The notes beneath the pieces are model-generated. The model had not been told where the DNA came from. It made no database searches and saw only the letters and a program-made list of their open reading frames with translations. This document shows, in pieces, positions 46,695-56,329 of a stretch of 64,000 nucleotides of DNA (its first letter is position 1; each line of letters starts with the position of its first letter). A program made the translations under genes and the position numbers. The DNA is from an uncultured bacterium (GTDB lineage Bacteria > Zixibacteria > MSB-5A5 > UBA10806): assembly GCA_965541585.1 (NCBI GenBank), contig CBEUCH010000011.1, positions 32,001-96,000 on the forward strand. Direction: 5' to 3'.

Positions 46695-48017
46695 ATGAGA
46701 TTTAGCGCTATTTTGGTTCTCGTATTTATGATATTTGCAGTATCCTATTCGGAGGATAGCCCGGATTCCCTTGAGGCGGCGTCCCCTAAGAGAATCGTAA
46801 CGGTTATGGAAATTGCCTCGGCCATTGGACCGATAACGGTTCGTGAAATAGAAGACGGGATAAGGCGATCGGAGAAACTGGATGCTGAAGCTTTCATAGT
46901 AAAATTAAACACTCCCGGTGGCAATACGGAATCGACATGGGATATCATCCAGGAAATCCTGGCCTCGAATGTACCGGTCGTGATCTTCGTCTATCCCCCG
47001 GGGGCAAGGGCGGCCTCGGCGGGCGTTTATATAGCCTATGCCGCTCATCTAAGCGCTATGGCTCCCCAGACCAGCATCGGTTCGGCGCATCCGGTAGCTA
47101 TGGGCGGAACCGAGATGGATTCCACTCTATCGGACAAGATTACCAACGACGCCGTGGCCAAGATAAAAACGCTTGCTAAAAAGCGCGGCAGGAATATGGA
47201 ATGGGCCGAGGATGCCGTCAGAAAATCGGTGTCAGTAACAGAATTCGAAGCCCTCGAAATGAATGTCGTGGATTATGTGGCCGACAATCTCGACGATCTT
47301 CTGGAACAGATGGATCAGGATTCGGTTGATTTGATCACGGGCCCGTACATTATTAACACTGCTGATGTCGAAGTTGTAGAACTTAAAGTCGGTCTGGCCA
47401 ATCGGATTCTGGAAATAGTATCTGATCCCAATGTCGCGTATATACTCATGACAATCGGAATGCTCGGCCTCTATTTCGAGTTCTCCAACCCGGGCGCAGT
47501 GCTTCCCGGCGTTATAGGAGGAATCGCTCTCATACTGGCCCTGTTTTCGTTTCAGGCCCTACCGATCGATTTCGCCGGGGTGTTGCTCATTATCCTGGCC
47601 ATGATATTGTTTTTGCTGGAATTAAAGATAGCGAGTCACGGTATCCTTGGAGGTGGAGGCGTGTTGAGCTTGTTTTTCGGTTCATTGATGTTGGTTAAAG
47701 AAACCGAGTTGCCGTATAAGGGAATATCCCTTTCGGTGATCGTACCGACCGTATTAGTCTTTACGCTATTTTTCTTCCTGGCCGCATATCTCTCGTTGCG
47801 AGCGCACCGGAGGAAGATAGCTACAGGCGATTCAGGCTTGAAGGGGGAAACGGGATTTGCCAGGTCAGCCATCGGGCCGGATGGGGGCACGGTATTTATT
47901 CACGGCGAATTCTGGAAGGCTTATTCCGATAGCCAGATTGACCCTGACGCGCGGATAAAGGTCGTGAATGTCAGGGGAATGGAATTAAAAGTAGAGCGAA
48001 CTGAGAGAGTTGAATAG
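46695..48017 (+). CDS. nfeD: NfeD-family membrane-bound serine protease (long form)
   Basis: LNTPGG; RAASAG (Ser); KITND (Lys); TM bundle; C-terminal OB fold (GEFWKA). Confidence 0.9.
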   Translation: MRFSAILVLVFMIFAVSYSEDSPDSLEAASPKRIVTVMEIASAIGPITVREIEDGIRRSEKLDAEAFIVKLNTPGGNTESTWDIIQEILASNVPVVIFVYPPGARAASAGVYIAYAAHLSAMAPQTSIGSAHPVAMGGTEMDSTLSDKITNDAVAKIKTLAKKRGRNMEWAEDAVRKSVSVTEFEALEMNVVDYVADNLDDLLEQMDQDSVDLITGPYIINTADVEVVELKVGLANRILEIVSDPNVAYILMTIGMLGLYFEFSNPGAVLPGVIGGIALILALFSFQALPIDFAGVLLIILAMILFLLELKIASHGILGGGGVLSLFFGSLMLVKETELPYKGISLSVIVPTVLVFTLFFFLAAYLSLRAHRRKIATGDSGLKGETGFARSAIGPDGGTVFIHGEFWKAYSDSQIDPDARIKVVNVRGMELKVERTERVE

Positions 48018-48036
48018 ATTATAGAGGGAGGATGTA

Positions 48037-48807
48037 ATGAACCAGACGGACGTATCAATGGTTTTTCCTATTTTAATTGTAATAGGCCTGGTGCTGTTTA
48101 TTCTCGGAAATGCAATCAGGATACTAAGGGAATATGAGCGGGGCGTAATATTCAGGCTTGGACGGCTGATCGGGGCTAAAGGGCCGGGATTGATTCTCTT
48201 GATTCCGATCGTCGATAAGATGGTCAGAGTCAGTCTGCGGACGATACCGATGGATGTTCCCTCGCAGGATATCATCACCAAGGACAACGTTACCGTCAAG
48301 GTTAATGCCGTAACCTATTTCCGGGTCATGGATCCCAACAAGGCGGTTGTCGATGTCGAGGATTATATCTACGCTACCTCGCAGATATCGCAGACCACGT
48401 TGCGTTCGATTCTCGGGCAGGTCGATCTTGATGATTTGCTGTCGAATCGTGAGAAGATCAACCAGGAATTGCAGAAGGTTATCGACGAACAGACTGAGCC
48501 CTGGGGTGTAAAGGTAAGCGTTGTCGAGGTCAAAAACGTCGACCTGCCGCAGGAGATGCAAAGAGCCATAGCCAGGCAGGCCGAGGCGGAGAGGGAACGC
48601 CGGGCCAAGGTCATCCACGCCCAGGGTGAATTGCAAGCCTCGGAGAAGATCAACCAGGCGGCCAAAGTTTTGCAGGAAACTCCGCTGGGCATTCAGCTCA
48701 GATACCTGCAGACCGTGGTTGAGATCTCATCGGAGAAGAATTCGACCACGCTGTTCCCGATACCTATAGACCTGTTCAAGCCGTTTCTGGATAAATTAAC
48801 CAAATAG
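48037..48807 (+). CDS. SPFH/stomatin-like (slipin) protein
   Basis: [38 protein letters not shown]. Confidence 0.93.
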   Translation: MNQTDVSMVFPILIVIGLVLFILGNAIRILREYERGVIFRLGRLIGAKGPGLILLIPIVDKMVRVSLRTIPMDVPSQDIITKDNVTVKVNAVTYFRVMDPNKAVVDVEDYIYATSQISQTTLRSILGQVDLDDLLSNREKINQELQKVIDEQTEPWGVKVSVVEVKNVDLPQEMQRAIARQAEAERERRAKVIHAQGELQASEKINQAAKVLQETPLGIQLRYLQTVVEISSEKNSTTLFPIPIDLFKPFLDKLTK

Positions 48808-48845
48808 GAATAGCTGAAATATGATAGAATCGGTTGGTGGCGAAA

Positions 48846-48894
48846 GAAGTAACTTCTGACGCCACGGAACCTTAGTGCGGTCGGAAGTTACTTC
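48846..48894. terminator. 15-bp inverted repeat between convergent SPFH gene and asnS
   Basis: GAAGTAACTTCTGAC ... GTCGGAAGTTACTTC with one G-U pair; no clear U tract. Confidence 0.45.
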
Positions 48895-48907
48895 CGCTTG
48901 ATCTTAA

Positions 48908-50299
48908 TCAGAACTTTGCGTTTTTGGGCGTTCTGGGGAACGGTATGACATCGCGGATATTGGCCATCCCCGACATATACATCAGAAGGCGCGCGAAACC
49001 GAGCCCGAATCCCGAATGGGGGACCGTACCGTAGCGGCGAAGATCATAGTACCACCCGAGACCATCCTCCGGGACTCCGAAATGTTCGACCTGTTTTTTT
49101 AGAATATCCAGCCGTTCCTCTCTCTGGCTGCCGCCGATTATCTCGCCGATCTCGGGAACCAGGACATCCACCGCCGCCGTGGTTTTACCATCGTCATTGA
49201 GCCGCATATAAAATGCTTTGACATCGCGCGGATAGTCTTTCACCATCACGGGAGCTTTCAGATGCTCCTCGCATAAATATCTTTCATGCTCGGCCTGCAG
49301 GTTGACACCCCATTCCACCGGATATTCGAATTTCTTTTTAGCTTTTTTGAGAATATCGACGGCCTCGGTATATGTGATGATCTCGAATTTCGACTTAACC
49401 AGCTTCTCCAGCGTGATGATCCGCTTTTTGTCTATCCAGGAATTAAAAAACGTCATCTCATCGGAGCATTCATTCAAAGCGTAGTTGAAAAGATACATGA
49501 GGAACTCGCCGGCCAACTGCATGTTCTCGTCGAGATCGCAGAATGCCATCTCCGGTTCGATCATCCAGAATTCCGATGCGTGCCGGGAGGTGTTGGAGTT
49601 CTCGGCGCGGAATGTCGGGGCGAAGGTGTAAACATCGCTTAGGGCGCAGGCCATTATCTCCGCCTCCAGTTGGCCGGAGACGGTCAGGAAGGTCCGGTCG
49701 CCGAAGAAGTCCTTATCGAAATCGATCTCGCCGTTGGTCATGGGAACGTTTTTCAGATCGAAGGCCGTTACCCAGAACTGCTCGCCGGCGCCCTCGGCGT
49801 CGATGGCGGTTATGATGGGGGAGTGAATATAATAAAATCCGCGATCCTGGAAAAACTTGTGAATGGCAAAAGAAATCTGGCTTCTGAATCTATTCATCAC
49901 CCCGAAGGTATTGGTGCGCGGCCTCAGATGTGCGATCTCACGCAGGTATTCGAAAGAATGTCTTTTTTTCTGCAAAGGGTATTCCGGAGGGCTTTCGCCG
50001 ACGAGCTGTATTTCCATTGGATGGAGTTCGATCTTGTGTTTTCGATCCGGCACCGGCAGCAGCCCGCCGACTGTCCTTACCGCAGCTCCTAACCTGACAT
50101 TTTCCAGGTCGGGGAATTTCGACGGTTCGTCGATCACGATCTGGAGGCTGGCCAGGCAGCTCCCGTCATTTATCTCCAGAAATGTTAGATTTGGCGAGTC
50201 CCTTCGGGTACGCACCCAGCCCATGACCAGGACACCCTCAGCGGCCTGGTCCGGCTGGCTCAGTATCGAGGCAATTTTTGTTCGTTTAAAGTAATCCAT
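48908..50299 (-). CDS. asnS: Asparagine--tRNA ligase
   Basis: GWVRTRR; HLRPRT; LTVSGQL; FRAENSNTSRHASEFWMIEPE; PHSGFGLG; PFPRTP. Confidence 0.97.
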   Translation of the reverse strand: MDYFKRTKIASILSQPDQAAEGVLVMGWVRTRRDSPNLTFLEINDGSCLASLQIVIDEPSKFPDLENVRLGAAVRTVGGLLPVPDRKHKIELHPMEIQLVGESPPEYPLQKKRHSFEYLREIAHLRPRTNTFGVMNRFRSQISFAIHKFFQDRGFYYIHSPIITAIDAEGAGEQFWVTAFDLKNVPMTNGEIDFDKDFFGDRTFLTVSGQLEAEIMACALSDVYTFAPTFRAENSNTSRHASEFWMIEPEMAFCDLDENMQLAGEFLMYLFNYALNECSDEMTFFNSWIDKKRIITLEKLVKSKFEIITYTEAVDILKKAKKKFEYPVEWGVNLQAEHERYLCEEHLKAPVMVKDYPRDVKAFYMRLNDDGKTTAAVDVLVPEIGEIIGGSQREERLDILKKQVEHFGVPEDGLGWYYDLRRYGTVPHSGFGLGFARLLMYMSGMANIRDVIPFPRTPKNAKF

Positions 50300-50333
50300 C
50301 GCTTTCTCGCTTCAGGGCTTCCGTAACACTCTT

Positions 50334-50363
50334 AATATATTGCAAATAACCAATCGGTGTAAA
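50334..50363 (-). promoter_or_regulatory. Putative asnS promoter
   Basis: Minus strand TTTACA-18 nt-TATATT. Confidence 0.45.
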
Positions 50364-50402
50364 GAAAGGATTTTGAGCATCAACAATATTCAATTGTTCC
50401 GG

Positions 50403-50577
50403 CAGTCAGGTCACGTTCGCTCGGACTATCCATACGGATCCGTAGGACGACCTGACTGAACCAAAAAACTTGCTGTGATTCTGGATTCCCGATCGGGGTC
50501 GGGAATGACAATATGCTGGAATTATTAGTGGCGCCTGATCGCTCGATCATACGGATCTGTAGGACGGGAATCCAGAA
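50403..50577. repeat. Cluster of REP-like palindromic elements
   Basis: IR CAGTCAGGTC/GACCTGACTG (50403-50458); IR TTCTGGATTCCCG/CGGGAATCCAGAA (50479-50577); CATACGGATCyGTAGGACG present twice. Confidence 0.7.
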
Positions 50578-50643
50578 AAGGGAAGAAACAGTTTGACACT
50601 TGATATAATTGGAGTATTTTATCTGTATAAATGGGGGTTTAAC

Positions 50644-52194
50644 ATGATGTGCCCTTTGAGCATACGTCGCATTTTTATCATTCCGCTGATACTATCGCCG
50701 GGCTTGATTCTGAATTCATCCAGCGCCCTTGCTCAAGATTCAATGGAATTGATTGCCACCATTGTACTTGAGCGGGATAGCACCTATATCCCCACGCTGA
50801 TGCCTATAGGGGATTTCAATGCCGATGGACACCCGGATCTGGCCCTGGGGGTACGTCAGGATTTTTTCAATTTGTATGAAGCAGTATATTTATACTTTGG
50901 GGGTCCGGATTTTGATAACTCCCCTGACCTGGTAATTCCAGGAGAACCTCAAAATACGGATAGCTATTGTATTGATGAAGCTGATCTGATAACATTTTTC
51001 GGTATGGAACTGACAGGTTTGGGGGATTTCAACGGTGATGGCTATGATGATATTGCTATATCCGCTCCGGGATTCTGCCCCTATGTTTATCGGGAGGGAA
51101 GAATATATATTTTCTTCGGTTCACCTGAACCGGACTCTATCGCTGACGTGGTAATTGACGGCCATGAGTATTATGAGTACCTGGGCGATTACATTGGCGC
51201 AGGCGATTTCAATGGTGATGGTTTCCATGACCTTATCGCAACTGCGCCTCGTATAGTATACCCTGATGATCGCTTATATATATATCAAGGAAGTAGTTCC
51301 CCCGACGGAACTTATGACTGGATGCGCGATTTTATTGGACAAGACATTTACACCACTTGGAGATTGTGCGGATTCGATATAAACGATGACGGTTTTGATG
51401 ATTTCTGTATTGACAGTTATGCCGATACCGGCAGTTTCAAAGGCATATATCTTGGTGGCGATCCTTTGAATCAGGAGCCGGCTTTCTATTTTGATCACGG
51501 GCTTTCTTTCACTGAGGATATCTCCGGCGACGATATAGATGATATTATGATCCGTCCTGAAGATATGCGCTGGTATTTGTGCTTAGGTGGCGATTCGTTG
51601 GATTTAGATCCTGACTATTATGTGGGGAGTGTGGGCGGACCATCCTTTACATATTCTCTAATTGGTGAGGGAACCAAGCTCATGATGGACGATAATTTGC
51701 AACGCAGTTTCATTATGTACAATACAGGAGTTCCGTTTGACTCCATACCCCGCGATGTCTTTGGCTACTCTCAAGAAAGCTGGAATAAGCACAATATTGG
51801 AGATATCAACGGCGACGGTGTCGAGGATATCGCTCTGAAGACAGGAAACGATACACTTGGAAGCTATGTTGAAATATACTCCATTTTCAGAACCGGAGTT
51901 GAAGAGGAAAATGGCTTTGAATTATTCCCGAACGATTATGCTATTCTATCCTGTTATCCCAATCCTTTCAACTCTAATGTCCTATTAAACATCGCAACCT
52001 ATGATGAACCCGATGCGGAGATAAGGATATACGACATAGCCGGCAGGCTGATTCGAAGCGTTATTACAATAGAAGGAAATGCAACCTGGGACGCCACGGA
52101 CAACGCAGGACGAAAGGTTTCTTCAGGGGTCTATTTCGCCAGAGCAAAGACATCCCGCAATTTCAACACCATAAAATTACTGTATTTAAAGTAA
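50644..52194 (+). CDS. Secreted FG-GAP (integrin-alpha-like) repeat protein with T9SS/FlgD-Ig C-terminal domain
   Basis: Signal peptide from ATG 50644; GDFNADG/GDFNGDGYDD repeats; YPNPFNS...IYDIAGRLIR...WDATD...SSGVYF. The ORF-track TTG at 50593 is a TTGACA -35-like box. Confidence 0.8.
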   Translation: MMCPLSIRRIFIIPLILSPGLILNSSSALAQDSMELIATIVLERDSTYIPTLMPIGDFNADGHPDLALGVRQDFFNLYEAVYLYFGGPDFDNSPDLVIPGEPQNTDSYCIDEADLITFFGMELTGLGDFNGDGYDDIAISAPGFCPYVYREGRIYIFFGSPEPDSIADVVIDGHEYYEYLGDYIGAGDFNGDGFHDLIATAPRIVYPDDRLYIYQGSSSPDGTYDWMRDFIGQDIYTTWRLCGFDINDDGFDDFCIDSYADTGSFKGIYLGGDPLNQEPAFYFDHGLSFTEDISGDDIDDIMIRPEDMRWYLCLGGDSLDLDPDYYVGSVGGPSFTYSLIGEGTKLMMDDNLQRSFIMYNTGVPFDSIPRDVFGYSQESWNKHNIGDINGDGVEDIALKTGNDTLGSYVEIYSIFRTGVEEENGFELFPNDYAILSCYPNPFNSNVLLNIATYDEPDAEIRIYDIAGRLIRSVITIEGNATWDATDNAGRKVSSGVYFARAKTSRNFNTIKLLYLK

Positions 52195-52205
52195 CCAAGA
52201 TAATT

Positions 52206-52450
52206 GTCATTTCCGCGGAAGGGCTTGTTGAAAAAGTCATTGCGAGGAGGCCGCAGGTCATACGACTCGTATGAGCCGACGAAGCAATCTCTAACTCTTT
52301 TCTTTTTACAAAGATAGATTGCTTCGCTTCGCTCGCAATGACAAATATCCTGCTTTTTCAACGCTCCCGCACGTGGGGAATCCGGAAACGATGGCTCCAC
52401 TAATGGATCCCTGCTTTCCCTTCGGGGATCTTCGATTACGCAGGGATGAC
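52206..52450. repeat. Nested palindromic repeat elements (GTCAT...ATGAC type)
   Basis: GTCATTGCGAG...CGAAGCAATCT / AGATTGCTTCG...CTCGCAATGAC (52236-52342), inside GTTGAAAAAG/CTTTTTCAAC, inside GTCATTTCCGC...GGGAATCC...GGATCCCTGC...GCAGGGATGAC. Confidence 0.75.
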
Positions 52451-52542
52451 ACTAAAAATATCCGTGCCGTCAAGAATAAGTCGAATCCCCCGGGATTTGA
52501 CACCTCAGCTACAAAACAGGGCCCAAAAAGGGCAAAATTGGC

Positions 52543-52571
52543 TTGACACTCACCGGAAACCGGCATAATTT
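52543..52571 (+). promoter_or_regulatory. Promoter of the yceD-rpmF-fab operon (possibly leaderless)
   Basis: TTGACA-17 nt-TAATTT, 8 nt before GTG 52580; no SD. Confidence 0.6.
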
Positions 52572-52579
52572 CCGCTTTT

Positions 52580-53089
52580 GTGAAGGTCGATTTCAGGCAG
52601 ATAGAGCCTGAGGGGAGCGAGTTTAGCTTTTCGGAATCGGCAGAAGATCTCGACTTGACCGCTGATGGCATCGAGTTCCCTGAGCCTATTGAGGTTGAGC
52701 TGACCGCCACCAAGACGGGCGATGAGGTCATCATCCAGGGGTTGCTAACCACGATGGCCGGGATGGATTGCTCGCGCTGCCTTGAACGTTTCGAGAGACC
52801 TGTTAGCTCGAAACTTCAATTTGTAATTCAGTTGCTGGAGATAAGCTCTCCCCAGGATTCGGATGACGAGGATTTTGTGGTACTACCCAAGACGACTCAA
52901 GAATACGATCTCTCGGAGCGGGTTCGACAGGTAATTTTGCTGGAACTTCCGCTCAAGCCCCTTTGTAGAGAATCATGTCTCGGGCTTTGCACACTGTGCG
53001 GAACGAATCTAAATGAGTCTGAATGCGATTGTACGCCGGATAAGACCGACGAGAGATGGGAATCGCTCAGGCAGCTTTTTGAAGAATAA
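52580..53089 (+). CDS. yceD: DUF177/YceD family protein
   Basis: CSRCL; PLKPLCRESCLGLCTLCG.NLN; DERW; directly upstream of rpmF. Confidence 0.9.
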   Translation: MKVDFRQIEPEGSEFSFSESAEDLDLTADGIEFPEPIEVELTATKTGDEVIIQGLLTTMAGMDCSRCLERFERPVSSKLQFVIQLLEISSPQDSDDEDFVVLPKTTQEYDLSERVRQVILLELPLKPLCRESCLGLCTLCGTNLNESECDCTPDKTDERWESLRQLFEE

Positions 53090-53162
53090 GGAAAAGGCTT
53101 AAAAAATAATCTTACACCAGCGGCGGAGCAAGAGCCGTCTGGTCCAGGGATCGAGGATAGTT

Positions 53163-53348
53163 ATGGCATTACCGAAAAGACGTCATTCCCGGGCACGAGG
53201 TGCCAGGAGACGCACACACTGGAAATTGCAGAAACCGAATATAGTGGAATGTTCACATTGTCATGAACCCAAGCTTCCGCATCAAATCTGTCCGCAGTGC
53301 GGATGGTATAAAGGTAGAGAAGTAGTGGCCGTAACTGAGTCGCAATAA
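53163..53348 (+). CDS. rpmF: 50S ribosomal protein L32 (zinc-binding form)
   Basis: MALPKRRHSRAR; CSHC...HQICPQCGWY. Confidence 0.97.
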   Translation: MALPKRRHSRARGARRRTHWKLQKPNIVECSHCHEPKLPHQICPQCGWYKGREVVAVTESQ

Positions 53349-54403
53349 TGCCCCTTGAGCGCAAAGCCAGGGTCGCCATAGACGCCATGGGAGGCGATTA
53401 TGCCCCCTTTTCTATTGTGGCAGGGGCGGTGCTGGCGCAAAAGACCTATGGTGACAGCGTGGATTTGACCCTGGTGGGGGATTCCGCCAGAATCAAGTCG
53501 GAATTGCAGAATTTAAATGCCGAGCAGCTGCCGCTCAAGGTCGTTCACGCCAATCAGACGATCGGTATGGCCGACGAGCCGGCTGAATCGGTCAGGAAGA
53601 AGCCGGACTCTTCGATTGTGGTCAGCCTCAATCTTCAGAAGAAGGGCGAATGCGATGCATTTATCTCGGCTGGCAATACCGGCGCGGTTATGGCGGGGTC
53701 GCTTCTGATATTGGGCAGGCTAAAAGGGATCAACCGTCCGGCTATAGGCACTCTTTTTCCCAACGAGAAGGGGCAGGCATTGTTACTGGATGTCGGGGCC
53801 AATTCTGACTGTAAGGCCTTGAATCTTTATCAATTCGGATTAATGGGAGCGATCTATTACTCTCAGATATTTTCAAACAGCAATCCGTTAGTAGGTTTAT
53901 TATCCATAGGCGAGGAGAAATCGAAGGGAAACGAAACCACGATTGCATCGCATAAGCTGCTTTCGGCCGCCGATCTGAATTTCGCCGGTAACATCGAGGG
54001 CAGGGATATCCTGAAGGGCAGGGCCGACGTCGTAGTCTGCGATGGTTTTGTCGGGAATGTCATTCTGAAGTTCGCCGAATCTATCGATAGTTTTCTCGGT
54101 GAGGTGGTCAGGAAGAGAGTAAGAATCAATTTTCTTGCGAAGATCGGGGCACTATTGCTAAGACCGGCCTTCAAAGATATTAAGAGACATCTTGATTATG
54201 CCGAATACGGCGGCGCCCCGTTATTGGGAATTGACGGTGTATCGATTATCTGCCATGGCGGTTCCTCGCCGAAAGCGATCAAGAATGCGGTGGGTATGGC
54301 CAGGACGATGGTGATGAAGGATGTCAACAGGCAAATCGAAGATCGGGTTGCCTCCAACGGAGATCTCGATGCTATGGAAGCGAGAATAAGACAACAGCGA
54401 TGA
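53348..54403 (+). CDS. plsX: Phosphate acyltransferase PlsX
   Basis: IDAMGGDYAP; SAGNTGA; LDVGAN; DGFVGN; YGGAPLLG. Confidence 0.96.
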   Translation: MPLERKARVAIDAMGGDYAPFSIVAGAVLAQKTYGDSVDLTLVGDSARIKSELQNLNAEQLPLKVVHANQTIGMADEPAESVRKKPDSSIVVSLNLQKKGECDAFISAGNTGAVMAGSLLILGRLKGINRPAIGTLFPNEKGQALLLDVGANSDCKALNLYQFGLMGAIYYSQIFSNSNPLVGLLSIGEEKSKGNETTIASHKLLSAADLNFAGNIEGRDILKGRADVVVCDGFVGNVILKFAESIDSFLGEVVRKRVRINFLAKIGALLLRPAFKDIKRHLDYAEYGGAPLLGIDGVSIICHGGSSPKAIKNAVGMARTMVMKDVNRQIEDRVASNGDLDAMEARIRQQR

Positions 54404-55383
54404 AAAAATACGTGCAGATAATAGGCACCGGTTCGGCGGCGCCGGAAAATGTGCTAACCAATCAGGATCTGGAGAAAATGGTTGATACTACCGACGAATG
54501 GATCACTACCAGGACCGGCATAAAAGAGCGACGAATCGCCCCGCCGGGCATGGTGGCATCAGACTATGCTTACGATGCATCCCTCAAGGCTATGGAGAAG
54601 GCGCATGTTTCCGCCGATGAGCTGGATCTGATAATTGTGGGGACTGTAACACCCGATTCGCCCCTGCCATCGACCTCCTGTATACTTCAGCATAAACTTA
54701 AAGCCAAAAATGCAGCAGTGGTTGACCTCGTAGCCGCTTGTTCGGGTTTCATTTACGGGTTGGCGTTCGGCAGGTCTATGATCCTGTCCGGCCAGGCGGA
54801 AAAGGTTTTGGTCATCGGGGTCGAAATCCTCTCAAGTATTACCAACTGGAAAGACAGAGATACCTGTGTCCTCTTCGGCGACGGCGCCGGTGCAGCAGTA
54901 GTTGCCGCATCGGATAAGCCGGGAGGTATAGTTGATACTTTCCTCAAAGCTGATGGTTCTTTGAGCCATCTCCTGCAGGTTCCTGCGGGCGGTGGCCGGA
55001 TACCATTAACCAGAGATAATATAAATAACGGCGACCGCTTTATTCAGATGAAGGGTCCGGACGTATTTAAAGCCGCTGTCAAGGCTATGGGCGAGGCCGC
55101 AACGAAAATACTCAAGCGGACGGGCATAAGATCGGATGATATAAGTTTGATGATTCCACATCAAGCCAACATAAGGATCATAGAAGCGACCGCCAAGAGG
55201 GTAAAACTTCCGATGGATAGAGTTTTTGTGAACATACAAAAATACGGCAATACGTCAGCTGCTTCTGTTCCGATAGCGTTGGACGAAGCCATCAGGGAAG
55301 GGCGGATTAAATCGGGCGATAAGGTTATGTTGGTAGCCTTCGGCGCAGGCTTCACGTGGGGGTCGGCCCTTATCGAGTGGTGA
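54400..55383 (+). CDS. fabH: 3-oxoacyl-ACP synthase III
   Basis: AACSGF; FGDGAGA; PHQAN; YGNTSAAS. Confidence 0.96.
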   Translation: MKKYVQIIGTGSAAPENVLTNQDLEKMVDTTDEWITTRTGIKERRIAPPGMVASDYAYDASLKAMEKAHVSADELDLIIVGTVTPDSPLPSTSCILQHKLKAKNAAVVDLVAACSGFIYGLAFGRSMILSGQAEKVLVIGVEILSSITNWKDRDTCVLFGDGAGAAVVAASDKPGGIVDTFLKADGSLSHLLQVPAGGGRIPLTRDNINNGDRFIQMKGPDVFKAAVKAMGEAATKILKRTGIRSDDISLMIPHQANIRIIEATAKRVKLPMDRVFVNIQKYGNTSAASVPIALDEAIREGRIKSGDKVMLVAFGAGFTWGSALIEW

Positions 55384-55384
55384 T

Positions 55385-56329
55385 ATGAAGAAAACCGCAT
55401 TTTTATTCCCCGGGCAGGCATCCCAGTATGTCGGAATGGCGAGAGATCTTTACGACGAATTCAAGTCCGTGCGGACGTTATTCGAGAAAGCTACCAGCAT
55501 CCTGGATTTTGATCTTGCCGACGTCTGTTTCAACGGCCCCGAAGAAAAGCTCAAAGAGACGAGTTATACTCAGCCGGCAGTATTTGTCCATTCCTGTGCT
55601 CTCGAGATGATCCTGCGCCAAAACGGCGTTTTTGTCCACTCCGGGGCAGGTCATTCTCTGGGTGAATATTCGGCGCTGGTATCTGCCGGAGCGCTAAGCT
55701 TCGATACCGCCATTCAGGCCATCGCCATACGAAGTTCGGCCATGCAGAGAGATTGCGATAATAATCCAGGTACTATGGCCGCCGTCATGGGCCTTGAATA
55801 TGAGCATGTCGCCTTGATTCTAAGGGGCAATCCGGGGATTGTGGTTCCCGCGAATTATAATTCACCAGGTCAGGTCGTGATCGCCGGTGAGGTCGATGCC
55901 GTCAATGAGGCCTGTTCAGGATTGAAAGAGGCAGGCGCGAAGCGGGCAATACGGATTCCGGTCGGCGGCGCTTACCATTCACCCCTGATGGAACGGTCAT
56001 CTAAGATAATGACCGAGTTTATTAAGAATGGCATGGAATTCGGGGAATTCAGATTTCCCGTTTATTCTAATGTCGGTGCCGACCCTATCTCCCACGGCTC
56101 TGAGTTCAGTCGACAACTGGCGAAACAGATTTCCAGCCCGGTTCTCTGGTACCCCACCATTCGAAATCTATTTAGAGACGGTGTCCGAAGCTTCATAGAG
56201 GTTGGCCCTGGAAAGGTCCTTCAGGGTTTAGTCAAGAGGTCATTGAATGATCCGGAAGTTGAGATATCGGGCGTCGATACTCTTGAAGATATTGACAGGC
56301 TATTGAGCGAAAAGGTGTATTTGGCGTGA
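55385..56329 (+). CDS. fabD: Malonyl-CoA:ACP transacylase
   Basis: FPGQASQ; GHSLGEY; GAYHS; EVGPG. Confidence 0.96.
   Translation: MKKTAFLFPGQASQYVGMARDLYDEFKSVRTLFEKATSILDFDLADVCFNGPEEKLKETSYTQPAVFVHSCALEMILRQNGVFVHSGAGHSLGEYSALVSAGALSFDTAIQAIAIRSSAMQRDCDNNPGTMAAVMGLEYEHVALILRGNPGIVVPANYNSPGQVVIAGEVDAVNEACSGLKEAGAKRAIRIPVGGAYHSPLMERSSKIMTEFIKNGMEFGEFRFPVYSNVGADPISHGSEFSRQLAKQISSPVLWYPTIRNLFRDGVRSFIEVGPGKVLQGLVKRSLNDPEVEISGVDTLEDIDRLLSEKVYLA

Noticed and set aside
50403..52450. Repeats as a CRISPR array
   Set aside because: No regularly spaced identical repeats with unique spacers, and no cas genes.
52131..52752. Short ORFs including an SLRAKRSNL peptide
   Set aside because: Translations of the palindromic repeats or antisense to yceD; no independent coding evidence.
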